From positions 1 to 64,000 of the forward strand of contig JAPSGB010000003.1 of NCBI GenBank assembly GCA_035063585.1: a stretch of DNA of 64,000 nucleotides, written 5' to 3'. The stretch is from Polyangiaceae bacterium (GTDB lineage Bacteria; Myxococcota_A; Polyangia; Polyangiales; Polyangiaceae). The translations under genes and the position numbers were made by a program. The number at the start of each line of letters is the position of its first letter. Within the stretch, counting starts at the first letter, position 1. Shown here piece by piece: positions 30,031 through 39,799 of the stretch. The notes under the pieces were generated by a model that was not told where the DNA came from, did no database searches, and saw only the letters and a list, made by a program, of their open reading frames with translations.

Positions 30031-32295
30031 TCAATCTCCACGAGATCGCAGCCGCAATAGCGCGAGCGTCGCGCCGGCGAGCGCCGCGAGCGGCGCCACC
30101 GGAGCCGGAGCGAGCGCGAAGGCGACCGCCACCGCACCGGCGACCGCGGGGGCCGTCGCGAGGACGAGACCGAACCGGCCTTCGCGCCGGCATTCGTGCG
30201 CGAGCCGGATGGAGTACGCGGCGTCGCGGACGTCGTCGGAGGCGAGCTCCACGCTCCATTCCGCCGAGCTCGAGCCCGCCGAACCGAGCGCCACCGCCAC
30301 GTCGGCCGCGGCGAGCGCTGCGTCGTCGGCCGGGCTTCGGCCGATGACCGCAACGGTGGCTCCGCCGTCGACCAGGCGACGGATCTCATCGCCGCGCTCG
30401 GTCGGCAGGAGCTCGGGGCGGATGTGCTCGATATCGAGCGCGCGGCCGAGCGCCTCGCACGTCTCGCGCGCGTCCCCGCTCACGAGCACCGGCTCGACCT
30501 CGACGTCGAGCAGGTGCTGCACGGCCGCGCGCGCGCCCGGGCGCAGCCCGTCTTGGAGCCCGAGCACTCCGATGAGACGCGAGCCGAGCGCGACCAGGAG
30601 CACGGTGCGGCCCATCGCCTCGAGCTCCGTGATGCGGCTCTCCGCGGCTGCGACGCTGATGCGCTCGCGGAGCATCAGCGCGCGGCTCCCGACCACCAGG
30701 GGCTGACCGCTCGAGGCGACCGCGGTCACCCCGAGGCCCGGCTGCACCGATGGGCTCCGCACGCCGTCGGGGCGCACCCCGCGAGCGCGGGCCGCGCGGA
30801 GCACCGCGGCGGCCACCGGATGCGTCGCGCCGCTCTCCGCGCCCGCTACGAAGGCGAGGACCTTCTCGGGTTCGTTCGGTCCGATGGGATCGATGTTCGC
30901 GACCTCCGGCTCACCGAGCAGCAGCGTGCCGCGCGCGCAGAAGGCGGCGACCGAAGCCTGCCCGAGGCGCTCGATGAGCTCGGCCGAGCGAATCGCGATG
31001 CCCCGGCGCAGCGACGCGAGCACGGTCCGCGCGATGTGCAGCGCGCCGATCTGCGCGATCCCGCTGCTCGCCAGCGAAGCCTGCGTCGCGATCGCGACCA
31101 TCGTGATGCTGAGCACGCTCTGGTCCCCGGCGAACGCAGCGAGCGCCGCGATGCCCGCGGCCATCGGCGCGATCCGCTCCGCGGTGAGTCGTCCGGCCCG
31201 CGCGAGGGGCGCGTAGAGATCCGCGCGGCGACGCGGATCGACGGTGAGCCGTAGCCAGGCGCGATCATGGCCGGCCCAGCCGACCACCAGCCGGAGGCGG
31301 CCGTCGAGGATCGTCGCGCCAGCGACCACGGTGTCTCCTTCGCCGCGACTCGCGCTCACGGTGGCGCCGAGCCACGGCAACACCTCGGCGCTACCCGCGA
31401 GCACCGTCGCGTCGACCGGCACCACCTCGCCGGCCTCGACGACGATCTCCTCGCCGGGCCGGAGGTCGGCGACGCGCGCTTCACTGAGCTCGTCCGCGAT
31501 GATCCGATGGACCGGGCGCTCGACGGCGCGCAGGATGGCCTCGCGCTCGGCGTCGAACACCCGGCGCGCGCGGCGGGTCGCCCACACGCCCGCCGCCACC
31601 GAGCCGATGACCACGCCGGCCAGCGTGATGGCGCTCGGCGCGTGCGAGGCGTCCGTGACTCGCGCGAGCAGCGCGACCAGCGCGCTCGCGATGGGCGCCG
31701 CGAGGAGCACCATCGGGTGCGGCTCGGTGGGGTCGCGACGGCCCAGGAGCTGCTCGGTGACGAGCGCGCCCGCGCCTACCACCGCGACGACCACCCTCGC
31801 GCTCAGTGCGACGCCCGAGTCGCCCGCGAGCGCGAGCGCGACCGCGAGCGCGCCGGCGAGGGAAGCGATGGCGAGCAGCAGGGTGTCGAGGTCGGTCTCG
31901 GCGACGACCTCCTGCGGGGGCGCCGCGGTGGTGTCGATGAGAGGCTCGAGCGCGTCGAAGTCATCGCTCGCCACGCCGGCGAGCGCCTCTGCCGCGTGGC
32001 GTCGCGCGTCGAGCTCCGCCGGATCCGGCGTTCGCCGCACCGAGATGACCTGGTCCGGCGCGAGCGCCTCCTTCCCGCGCCGTCGCGGGGGCCGCGGCAG
32101 CGGCGTCCCGGTCGCGTCGGGATGGTACCCATCGCGGCACTCGACGCTGCAGAAGTAGCGGAACCGTTCGCGGAAGATCGCGACGCGAGCCGCGCGGAGC
32201 GGATCGACCAGAGCGCCGCAGGTCGCGCACGACACGGGGCGAGCGAGCGGCCCCGCCGGGGTCGGTGACGATTGGCGCTCGCCGAGTTCGCTCAT
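30031..32295 (-). CDS. P1B-type ATPase homologue with N-terminal TRASH/YHS domain; catalytic motifs degenerate
   Basis: CATCG...YFCSVEC; GEVVPVD A-domain; AFCARGTLLLGEPEV in place of DKTGTLT; ESGATHP; PGLGV; VSGD; GRSPADDAALAAADV in place of GDGxND. Confidence 0.85.
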   Translation of the reverse strand: MSELGERQSSPTPAGPLARPVSCATCGALVDPLRAARVAIFRERFRYFCSVECRDGYHPDATGTPLPRPPRRRGKEALAPDQVISVRRTPDPAELDARRHAAEALAGVASDDFDALEPLIDTTAAPPQEVVAETDLDTLLLAIASLAGALAVALALAGDSGVALSARVVVAVVGAGALVTEQLLGRRDPTEPHPMVLLAAPIASALVALLARVTDASHAPSAITLAGVVIGSVAAGVWATRRARRVFDAEREAILRAVERPVHRIIADELSEARVADLRPGEEIVVEAGEVVPVDATVLAGSAEVLPWLGATVSASRGEGDTVVAGATILDGRLRLVVGWAGHDRAWLRLTVDPRRRADLYAPLARAGRLTAERIAPMAAGIAALAAFAGDQSVLSITMVAIATQASLASSGIAQIGALHIARTVLASLRRGIAIRSAELIERLGQASVAAFCARGTLLLGEPEVANIDPIGPNEPEKVLAFVAGAESGATHPVAAAVLRAARARGVRPDGVRSPSVQPGLGVTAVASSGQPLVVGSRALMLRERISVAAAESRITELEAMGRTVLLVALGSRLIGVLGLQDGLRPGARAAVQHLLDVEVEPVLVSGDARETCEALGRALDIEHIRPELLPTERGDEIRRLVDGGATVAVIGRSPADDAALAAADVAVALGSAGSSSAEWSVELASDDVRDAAYSIRLAHECRREGRFGLVLATAPAVAGAVAVAFALAPAPVAPLAALAGATLALLRLRSRGD

Positions 32296-33203
32296 CAAGC
32301 TCCGAGCGCCCAGACCAGCGCCGCCTTCGCCGTGTGCAGGCGCGCCTCGGCTTCGTCCCACACGAAGCTGCGCGGCCCCTCGAGGACGTCCGCCTCGATC
32401 TCCTCGCCGCGGTGCGCTGGCAGGCAGTGGAGGATGACCACCTCCGGAGAGGCGAGCGTCACGAGCTCGCGCGTCACCCGGAAGCCGGAAAAATCAGCCA
32501 GGCGCTTCGCGCTCTCCGCTTCCTGCCCCATGCTGGTGAACACGTCCGTGCTCACCACGTCCGCGCCGCGGGCGGCGTCCCTCGGATCTCGGGTCACCGA
32601 GACGCGCGCGCCGCGCGCTCGCGCCAGAGAGAGGTAGCGCTCCGAGGGGTCGTACCCCTCGGGGCAGGCGACCACGAGCTCGAGCCCGAGGAGCCCCGCG
32701 GCCTCGATCCAGGAGTTTGCCATGTTGTTGCCGTCGCCGATGAAGGCGTAGCGGAGCCCCGCGAGGCGCCCGCGCGCGCGTCGCACCGTCATCAGATCGG
32801 CGAGCAGCTGCATCGGGTGGCTCTGGTCGGTGAGCGCGTTCAAGACCGGTATCGAGGAGTGCTCGGCGAGCTCCCGCAGGCGCTCCTCCCCGGAGGTGCG
32901 GAGCGTCACGGCGTGCACCATTCTCGAGAGCACCCGCGCGGTGTCGGCGATGGGCTCGCCGCGGCCGAGCTGCGAGCCCGCGCTGGTGATCACGAGCGGG
33001 TGGCCGCCGAGCTCTGCCACCGCGACCTCGAGTGAGATCCGGGTGCGGGTCGAGGCCTTCTCGAAGAGCAGCGCCACCGATTTCCCCGCGAGCGGTCGCG
33101 GCGAGGCCGCGCCGCCGCGTCCCTCCTTGAAGCGATCGGCCGCGTCGAGCGCGGCGAGCAGCCCGTCGGACCCGAGATCCGAGAGGTCGAGCAGGTGACG
33201 CAT
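32295..33203 (-). CDS. argF: Ornithine carbamoyltransferase
   Basis: ASTRT, HPMQ, GDGNNM, TDVFTSMGQE, HCLPAHRG. Confidence 0.97.
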   Translation of the reverse strand: MRHLLDLSDLGSDGLLAALDAADRFKEGRGGAASPRPLAGKSVALLFEKASTRTRISLEVAVAELGGHPLVITSAGSQLGRGEPIADTARVLSRMVHAVTLRTSGEERLRELAEHSSIPVLNALTDQSHPMQLLADLMTVRRARGRLAGLRYAFIGDGNNMANSWIEAAGLLGLELVVACPEGYDPSERYLSLARARGARVSVTRDPRDAARGADVVSTDVFTSMGQEAESAKRLADFSGFRVTRELVTLASPEVVILHCLPAHRGEEIEADVLEGPRSFVWDEAEARLHTAKAALVWALGA

Positions 33204-34396
33204 CAGAGCACCTTGTCCAAGATCGAAATGGCTTCCTCGATCTGACCAGGCTCGACCACCAACGGCGGCGAGAAGCGTAGCGCCTGCGCGCCGGCGAGGG
33301 TGAGCAGCAACCCCGCGTCGCGCAGGACTCCGAGCAGCGCGCGCGCGTCGACGCCTTCGCGCAAGACGAGCGCCTGCAAGAGCCCGCGCCCGCGCGCCGT
33401 CTCGGCGACCTCGCGGTGCTTCTCGGCGAGCGCGCGCAGCCGCGCCGCCAAGAGCTCACCGCGCTCGGCGGCGCGCTTCATGAGGTGCTCCGTCTCGAGC
33501 ACGTCGAGCACGGCGAGGGCGGCCGCGCTCGCGAGCGGGTTTCCGCCGAACGTGGTCCCGTGGCTCCCGGGCGGGAGCGCGCCGGCGAGCGCCTCGGTGC
33601 ACAGCATCGCTCCGATGGGCACACCACCGCCGAGCGCCTTCGCGAGCGCGACCGCGTCGGGGCGAACGTCATCGAGCTGACACGCGAGGAAGCGGCCGGT
33701 GCGTCCGACCCCGGTCTGCACCTCGTCGGCGAGCAGGAGCGCGCCGTGCTCGTCCGCGATGGCGCGGAGACCGGCGAGGAAGCCGCTCGGCGCCGGCAGG
33801 ACGCCTCCCTCGCCCTGCACGGGCTCGACGATGATCGCCGCCACGTCCGGTGCCATCGCGCCGCGGACCGCCTCGAGATCTCCGTAGCGGACGTGGGTCG
33901 CGCCGGGCATGGGGCCGAACCCCTCCCGATATTTCGCCTGGCCGGTGACCGCGAGCGCGCCGAGCGTGCGCCCGTGAAACGAGTTCTCGAAGGCGATGAC
34001 GCGGTAGCGCTCCGTCTCGCCCCGCAGGAAGAAGTGATGGCGCGCGAGCTTCAGCATCGCCTCGTTCGCCTCCGAGCCCGAGTTGCAGAAGAAGGCGCGA
34101 GCCATCCCGCTCTCGGCGCAGAGCCTCTCGGCGAGGAGGACATTCGGCTCGTTGAAGAAGTAATTCGAGGTATGTAGTAACTTGCCGGCTTGCTCCGCGA
34201 TCGCGGAGACGAGCCTCGGGTGTGCGTGACCGAGCGCGCTGGTCGCGATGCCGGCGTACATGTCCAGGTAACGCTTGCCGGCCACGTCCCACACCTCGCA
34301 GCCTCGCCCGCGCGCCAGGACGAGCGGCGGCTGGCGATAGTTCGGATAGAGGTGGTGGTGGGCGGACTCGACCAGCGCGGTCTGGCTCTCGGTCAT
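33203..34396 (-). CDS. argD: Acetylornithine aminotransferase
   Basis: NSGSEANE, SFHGRT, EPVQGEGG, DEVQTGVGRTG, AKALGGG, HGTTFGGNP. Upstream of argF with a TGATG overlap. Confidence 0.93.
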   Translation of the reverse strand: MTESQTALVESAHHHLYPNYRQPPLVLARGRGCEVWDVAGKRYLDMYAGIATSALGHAHPRLVSAIAEQAGKLLHTSNYFFNEPNVLLAERLCAESGMARAFFCNSGSEANEAMLKLARHHFFLRGETERYRVIAFENSFHGRTLGALAVTGQAKYREGFGPMPGATHVRYGDLEAVRGAMAPDVAAIIVEPVQGEGGVLPAPSGFLAGLRAIADEHGALLLADEVQTGVGRTGRFLACQLDDVRPDAVALAKALGGGVPIGAMLCTEALAGALPPGSHGTTFGGNPLASAAALAVLDVLETEHLMKRAAERGELLAARLRALAEKHREVAETARGRGLLQALVLREGVDARALLGVLRDAGLLLTLAGAQALRFSPPLVVEPGQIEEAISILDKVL

Positions 34397-34532
34397 GGCC
34401 GATGCCATTACCCCACGAGCCCGCGCGCGCCAACTCACGGCCGCCCGGTGGGTTTGCCGGCGCGGCGCGGGCGCGTCGTGGAACGCCCGCACCGCTCGCT
34501 CGCGGGCGGTGCGGGCAGCCGGATGGCCGCGC

Positions 34533-35840
34533 TCAGGCGTACAGGCCGCGGAGCTCGGAGGCTCGCGCCACGCGCTGGATGGAGACGACGAACGCCGCCG
34601 TCCGCATGGGGACGTCCTTCTCTTCGGCCGTTGCGAACACGGTGTCGAACGCGGCGTTCATCATGCGCTCGAGATCCTTTTCGATCCGCTCGTGGTCCCA
34701 GTAATAGCCCATGCGGTTCTGGACCCACTCGAAGTAGGACACCGTCACGCCGCCGGCGTTGCAGAGGATGTCCGGGATGATGAAGATCTTCTTCTTCTCG
34801 AGGATGTCGTCGGCCTCTGGGGTGCATGGACCGTTGGCGCACTCCGCGATGATCTTGGCCTTGATGCGCGCGGCGTTCTTCTTCGTGATCTGATTCTCGA
34901 GCGCCGCCGGGATGAGGATGTCCACCGGGAGCTCGAGCAGCTTCATGGGGTCATCGAGCTTCTCCACGCCCTTCGTGCGATCGAAGCCCTTCAGCGTCTT
35001 GTGCTTGGCCACGTGCGCCATGGCGTGGTCGATGTCGACGCCGTCCTTGTGCATGAACGCGCCGTCGACGTCCGAGATGGCGATGATCTTGCAGCCCGCG
35101 TCTCGGAGGAGCTTGGCCGCGAACGAGCCGACGTTCCCGAAGCCCTGGACCGCGACCCTCGCGCCCTCGAGCCCGAGGCCGAGCCGCGCGACCGCGCGCT
35201 TCACGCAGAACACCATGCCTTGGGCGGTAGCGCTCGAGCGGCCGAGGGAGCCGCCAATCTCCACCGGCTTGCCGGTGACCACGGCCGGCAGGTAGTCCCC
35301 ACCGTGGTGCATCGAGTAGGTGTCCATGAACCACGCCATGACCTGGGGGTTCGTGTTCACGTCGGGCGCCGGGATGTCGCGATCGGGTCCGAACATCTCC
35401 ATCATCTCGGCGAAGTAGCGCCGGCTCAGGCGCTCGAGCTCACGCGGGCTCAGTTGGGTCGGGTCGACGATGATGCCGCCCTTGGCGCCGCCCATCGGGA
35501 TGCCGATGGTCGCGCACTTGAACGTCATCCAGAACGCCAGCGCCTTGACTTCATCGATGGTGACGCCCGGGTGGAAGCGCACCCCACCCTTGCCCGGGCC
35601 ACGCGCGATGTTGTGCTGCACGCGGAAGCCCCGGAACGAGTGGATGCTCCCGTCGTCCATGCGAACCGGGAGCTTGACCTCGATGATCCGGCGAGGCTCG
35701 CGGATCACCGCGACTTGATCCGGGGTGAGCTTGATGAGCTCGGCCGCGCGGTTGAACTGGATGAGCGCGTTGTCGAAAGCGGAGACGGGACCACGAATAG
35801 ACGCATCTGCGGGGTTGATCGGCTTCTTCAATGGAATCAC
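34533..35840 (-). CDS. Glu/Leu/Phe/Val dehydrogenase, probably glutamate dehydrogenase
   Basis: [48 protein letters not shown]. Confidence 0.95.
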   Translation of the reverse strand: MIPLKKPINPADASIRGPVSAFDNALIQFNRAAELIKLTPDQVAVIREPRRIIEVKLPVRMDDGSIHSFRGFRVQHNIARGPGKGGVRFHPGVTIDEVKALAFWMTFKCATIGIPMGGAKGGIIVDPTQLSPRELERLSRRYFAEMMEMFGPDRDIPAPDVNTNPQVMAWFMDTYSMHHGGDYLPAVVTGKPVEIGGSLGRSSATAQGMVFCVKRAVARLGLGLEGARVAVQGFGNVGSFAAKLLRDAGCKIIAISDVDGAFMHKDGVDIDHAMAHVAKHKTLKGFDRTKGVEKLDDPMKLLELPVDILIPAALENQITKKNAARIKAKIIAECANGPCTPEADDILEKKKIFIIPDILCNAGGVTVSYFEWVQNRMGYYWDHERIEKDLERMMNAAFDTVFATAEEKDVPMRTAAFVVSIQRVARASELRGLYA

Positions 35841-35999
35841 CTCGCGCGGGTCCTAGCATGGTGCGATCGCAAAAGGACAATCCCCGTCGCCCGCCGAGCA
35901 GGCCCGCGCGTCGGCTGGTGACCAATGTCACTCGGCTCATGCCGCATCGCGTCGTCCGGGCGGCGCGCGCCGCGACGCCGCGCTGCGAAAACGCACGCT

Positions 36000-36782
36000 T
36001 CAGCGGGAACGAAGGCGGGTGAGCGCTCCGGCCAACTCCGCGAAGCCGGCGCCGCGCGCCGCGCGCGTCACGTAACGCGGCGCGACGGTGAAGCGACCGG
36101 TGAGGTTACTCACCGCGATGGTGGTGCGAAACGCGTTGAAGCACGCCTCGTCGTTCTGGCTGTCGCCGATGAAGGCCCAGCGCCGGAGCGCCGCGGTCGG
36201 GTCGGCGTCGAAGAGGTGACCGAGCAGGCGGAGCGTGCCGGAGGCCTTGTCGTCGGCGTCGAGGGAGACGTGCAGGTGCACACTCGAGCGAGTGCTCGTG
36301 AAGCGCTGCTCATCGATGAAGGCGGTGGCTTCACGCACCAGCTCCTCCGGCACGCGCACGTGCTCGCCGATGTCGAAGGTGAAGTCGCTGAGCCGCGCGT
36401 CCACGTCGTCGGCGGGGGTGAGTATCGGGAACCGCTCGCGGATTTCCGCGACCAGCGCCGCGATCCGGCGCCGGCGCGCGCGGCGCTCGCCTTCCTCGAC
36501 GCGATCGAGGCGCCCCACCGCGCCGCCGTTTCGGAAGAGCCCGACGGCGCCGTTCTCCGTCACGGCTCCGTCGATGGGCCACTGCCGCACCAGGAGCGCG
36601 CCCCATCCGGCAGGACGCCCGGTGACCGCGACGAGCCGGAGCCCCGCCTCCGCGAGGCGAAAGAGCGCCGAGTAGGCGGGCTCGGTGAGGCGGCCGGCGT
36701 CGAGCAGGGTGTCGTCGAGATCGAAGAGCACGCCGGTGAGCCCGCGCGCTTCGGTGGCGTCGAGCGCCTCGAGGGGTCGCAT
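36000..36782 (-). CDS. HAD-IIB family hydrolase
   Basis: FDLDDTL, TGRPAGW, ENGA, GDSQND. Confidence 0.88.
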   Translation of the reverse strand: MRPLEALDATEARGLTGVLFDLDDTLLDAGRLTEPAYSALFRLAEAGLRLVAVTGRPAGWGALLVRQWPIDGAVTENGAVGLFRNGGAVGRLDRVEEGERRARRRRIAALVAEIRERFPILTPADDVDARLSDFTFDIGEHVRVPEELVREATAFIDEQRFTSTRSSVHLHVSLDADDKASGTLRLLGHLFDADPTAALRRWAFIGDSQNDEACFNAFRTTIAVSNLTGRFTVAPRYVTRAARGAGFAELAGALTRLRSR

Positions 36783-36834
36783 GAGAGGGCGTCCTATCTC
36801 AGGGGGTGAGCGCCCGCCACCGTGACCGTCCGGC

Positions 36835-37329
36835 TCAGCGCACGGACCGGACGAGCCCCTCGACCTCGCCCTGCGGAGCCGACCAGCTTACGACGTCGCC
36901 CGCCCGGCGGCCGATGAGCGCGCGTCCGAGCGGAGAACGCGGCGTGACCACCCGTACCACTTCGTCGCTCGCGGTCGCCTCGGCGCCGGCGGCCGCGGGC
37001 AAGATGAAATAGGTGAGCGTGCCCGAGGTGAGCTCCACCGTCACGAGCGCGCCGAGCGCGGCGGGCTCGTGCTCGGCGCGCTCGCGGAGCACGAGCCCGT
37101 CGAGCGCGGAGAGCTCCTCTTCGAGCGTCGCGACGCGCCTCGCCTGTCCGCGCGCGACGTACGAGGCCTCGGTGGAGCGCATGTCCTTGTCACCCTCGGC
37201 GCGAGCGTCGGGGTGCGTGACCCCCTCTGCGGTGGCGGCGTGGGAGCGCGCGAGCATGGCGAGATCGTCGCGGAGCCCGGCGCGGATTCGAGCGAGGAGC
37301 GCGTGCTTCTTGGCGAGCGTGGTCGTCAT
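36835..37329 (-). CDS. GreA/GreB-related protein (non-canonical)
   Basis: N-terminal coiled coil, EASYVARGQ, C-terminal TPRSPLGRALIG..GD. Confidence 0.8.
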   Translation of the reverse strand: MTTTLAKKHALLARIRAGLRDDLAMLARSHAATAEGVTHPDARAEGDKDMRSTEASYVARGQARRVATLEEELSALDGLVLRERAEHEPAALGALVTVELTSGTLTYFILPAAAGAEATASDEVVRVVTPRSPLGRALIGRRAGDVVSWSAPQGEVEGLVRSVR

Positions 37330-37477
37330 GGGATGGAGCGTGCGCGCCGAGTCGGCCTGGGCTCGCCGCTCGGACCGCGCGCCTCCCGACCGGGTGGGCT
37401 CGGGCGGGCGGGACGAGCGAGACGCGCGGGTCGCCACCGGCATCGCCGGATCTGATAGCATGCCCGCGAGACCACTC

Positions 37478-37843
37478 ATGACAGACTCGAATGATGACCG
37501 CCGCCGGGATCGCCGGGACTATAGCTGCATTCCCGCGTACATGGAGTCCAAGGACGAGACGCAGTATCTCGCGCTCATCCGCGACGTCAGCACCCGCGGC
37601 GCGCGGCTCTTCGTCCAGAAGTCATTGCCGATCGGTGATCCCGTGCATCTGTCCCTCTACCTGTCGGGCCAGAGCCAGGATCCGCGACCGGCGACCGGGC
37701 TGGTGGTGCGCTGCGAGCCGCGCGCCGTCCGCGAGGTCTGGCAGTACGAGATCGCGGTCGAGTTCGACGCTCCCATCGATGACTACGCGGAGGAGATCGC
37801 CGATCTCACCCGCCGCCAGACGGACATGGGGCTCTTCAAGTGA
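37478..37843 (+). CDS. Stand-alone PilZ-domain protein
   Basis: RRRDRR (RxxxR), DVSTRG (DxSxxG), VVR, AVEF. Confidence 0.85.
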   Translation: MTDSNDDRRRDRRDYSCIPAYMESKDETQYLALIRDVSTRGARLFVQKSLPIGDPVHLSLYLSGQSQDPRPATGLVVRCEPRAVREVWQYEIAVEFDAPIDDYAEEIADLTRRQTDMGLFK

Positions 37844-38002
37844 GCGCCCGCCCGGCGACCGCGCCGTTGGCCTCGACTGACCTCGTGCGGCGCCACGAGC
37901 GGCGACTCGGCGAGCCCGGGCGCCCGGCTCGCGCCGCCGGCCGCGCCGGACCGCCATCCTCGGGCCTCTCGCGCGCCGTTTCGTGATACGAGGCGTGCCG
38001 CC

Positions 38003-39718
38003 ATGCGATATCGAAACGCGCTCCTGCCGACCCTGAAAGAGGCGCCGTCGGATGCGACCAGCGCAAGCCACATCTTCTTGCAGCGCGCCGGTTACGTGCG
38101 CCGAGTCGGCGCCGGGGTGTATAGCTTCCTGCCGCTCGGGGTGCGCGTGCTCAGAAGAGTCGAGCGCATCGTGCGCGAGGAGATGGATCGAGCCGGTGCG
38201 GAGGAGGTGCTCTTACCCGGGCTCCTACCAGCGGACTACTTCCGAGAGTCCGGTCGCTGGGACACCTTCGGCGACACGCTCTTTCGCCTGAAGGATCGCA
38301 AGGGCGGCGACTATCACCTCGGCCCGACGCACGAGGAGATCATCACCGATCTCGCGCGGCACGAGCTCAAGAGCTACCGCGACGTCCCGAAGAACCTCTA
38401 CCAGATCCAGACGAAGTTCCGCGATGAGCCGCGGCCGCGAGCGGGGCTCCTCCGATGCCGCGAGTTCATCATGAAGGATGCGTATTCGTTCGACGCGTCG
38501 CCGGAGGCCGGGATCGCGAGCTACGAGAAGATGCGACTCGCGTATCGCGCGGTGTTCGATCGCATGAGGCTCGACTACCGCATGGTGGCAGCGGACTCGG
38601 GCGCGATGGGCGGCTCGCAGAGCGCCGAGTTTCAGGTCCTGGTGCAGAGCGGCGAGGACGTCATCGCCGCGTGCAGCCAGTGCGACTACGCGGCAAACCT
38701 CGAGGTGGCGACGACCCCTCCGTTCCCGCGGCGCGGAGACGGGAGCTCGACGCCGGCCGCGGAGAAGGTCGCGACGCCCACCCAGCGCACCATCGAGGAG
38801 GTGAGCGCGTTCCTCGGGGCGCCCGCCGAGCGGTTCCTGAAGAGCCTGCTCTACCTCGCGGATGGCGAGATCGTGATGGCCGTGGTGCGTGGCGATCACG
38901 AGGTGAACGAGATCAAGCTCGCCAAGGCGCTCGGCGTGCGCGAGGTGTTCATGGCCGCTCCGGCGGACGTCGAGAAGGCGACCGGCGCGGCCGTGGGTTT
39001 TGCCGGCCCGGTGGGCTTCGCGGGGCGGCTCCTCGTCGATCGCGACGCGGCCAGCGTCTCGGACGCCATCACGGGCGCCAATCAGAGCGGACAGCACCTG
39101 CGGCACGTCGAGCCGGGGCGGGATTTCGCGGGAGAGACGGCGGAGCTTCGCAGCGTGAAGGACGGCGATCTCTGCCCGAGTTGCGGAGCGTCGCTCGGGC
39201 TCTACCGCGGCATCGAGGCTGGGCACATCTTCCTCCTCGGCACGCACTACTCGGCCAAGATGGGCGCGACGTTCCTCGACGACGCCGGTGAGAGCCGCCC
39301 GCTCGTGATGGGGTGCTACGGGATCGGGGTGTCGCGGCTGGTGGCGACCGCTGTCGAGCAGTTCCATGACGCGGACGGCATCCTGTGGCCGATGGCGCTC
39401 GCGCCGTATCAGATCCACCTGGCGCAGCTCGGGAGTGAGCCGGAGGTCGTCGACGCGGTAGCGCGGCTCGAGCGGGAGCTCGAGGCGCTCGGCGTCGAGG
39501 TGCTGGTGGATGATCGCGACGAGCGCCCGGGGGTGAAGTTCAAGGATGCCGACCTCATCGGGATCCCGCTGCGTGTCACGGTCGGGGCGAAGTCGCTCAA
39601 GAACGGCGGCGTCGAGCTCAAGCCGCGGAGCCAGCGCGACCCGAAGCAGGCTGAGATCGTGCCGCTCGAGGGCGCAGCCGCGGCGCTCGCGGCGCGGGTC
39701 GCCGCGGCGCTCGCCTGA
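38003..39718 (+). CDS. proS: Proline--tRNA ligase (bacterial type with editing domain)
   Basis: GPTHEE, FRDEPRPRAGLLRCREFIMKDAYSF, MGCYGIGVSR, PGVKFKDADLIGIP. Confidence 0.98.
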   Translation: MRYRNALLPTLKEAPSDATSASHIFLQRAGYVRRVGAGVYSFLPLGVRVLRRVERIVREEMDRAGAEEVLLPGLLPADYFRESGRWDTFGDTLFRLKDRKGGDYHLGPTHEEIITDLARHELKSYRDVPKNLYQIQTKFRDEPRPRAGLLRCREFIMKDAYSFDASPEAGIASYEKMRLAYRAVFDRMRLDYRMVAADSGAMGGSQSAEFQVLVQSGEDVIAACSQCDYAANLEVATTPPFPRRGDGSSTPAAEKVATPTQRTIEEVSAFLGAPAERFLKSLLYLADGEIVMAVVRGDHEVNEIKLAKALGVREVFMAAPADVEKATGAAVGFAGPVGFAGRLLVDRDAASVSDAITGANQSGQHLRHVEPGRDFAGETAELRSVKDGDLCPSCGASLGLYRGIEAGHIFLLGTHYSAKMGATFLDDAGESRPLVMGCYGIGVSRLVATAVEQFHDADGILWPMALAPYQIHLAQLGSEPEVVDAVARLERELEALGVEVLVDDRDERPGVKFKDADLIGIPLRVTVGAKSLKNGGVELKPRSQRDPKQAEIVPLEGAAAALAARVAAALA

Positions 39719-39799
39719 AGTGCCCGGGAAGGGCGAGCGCCGCAGGTCGATGGTGCCTGGCCGGAGGGTACGGTACTCTCGGGACAGGAGGGCACCATC

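Noticed and set aside
30031..32295. Calling this a functional Cu/Zn/Cd-exporting ATPase, or a pseudogene
   Set aside because: The phosphorylatable Asp and the CPx site are absent, yet the frame is full-length and translationally coupled.
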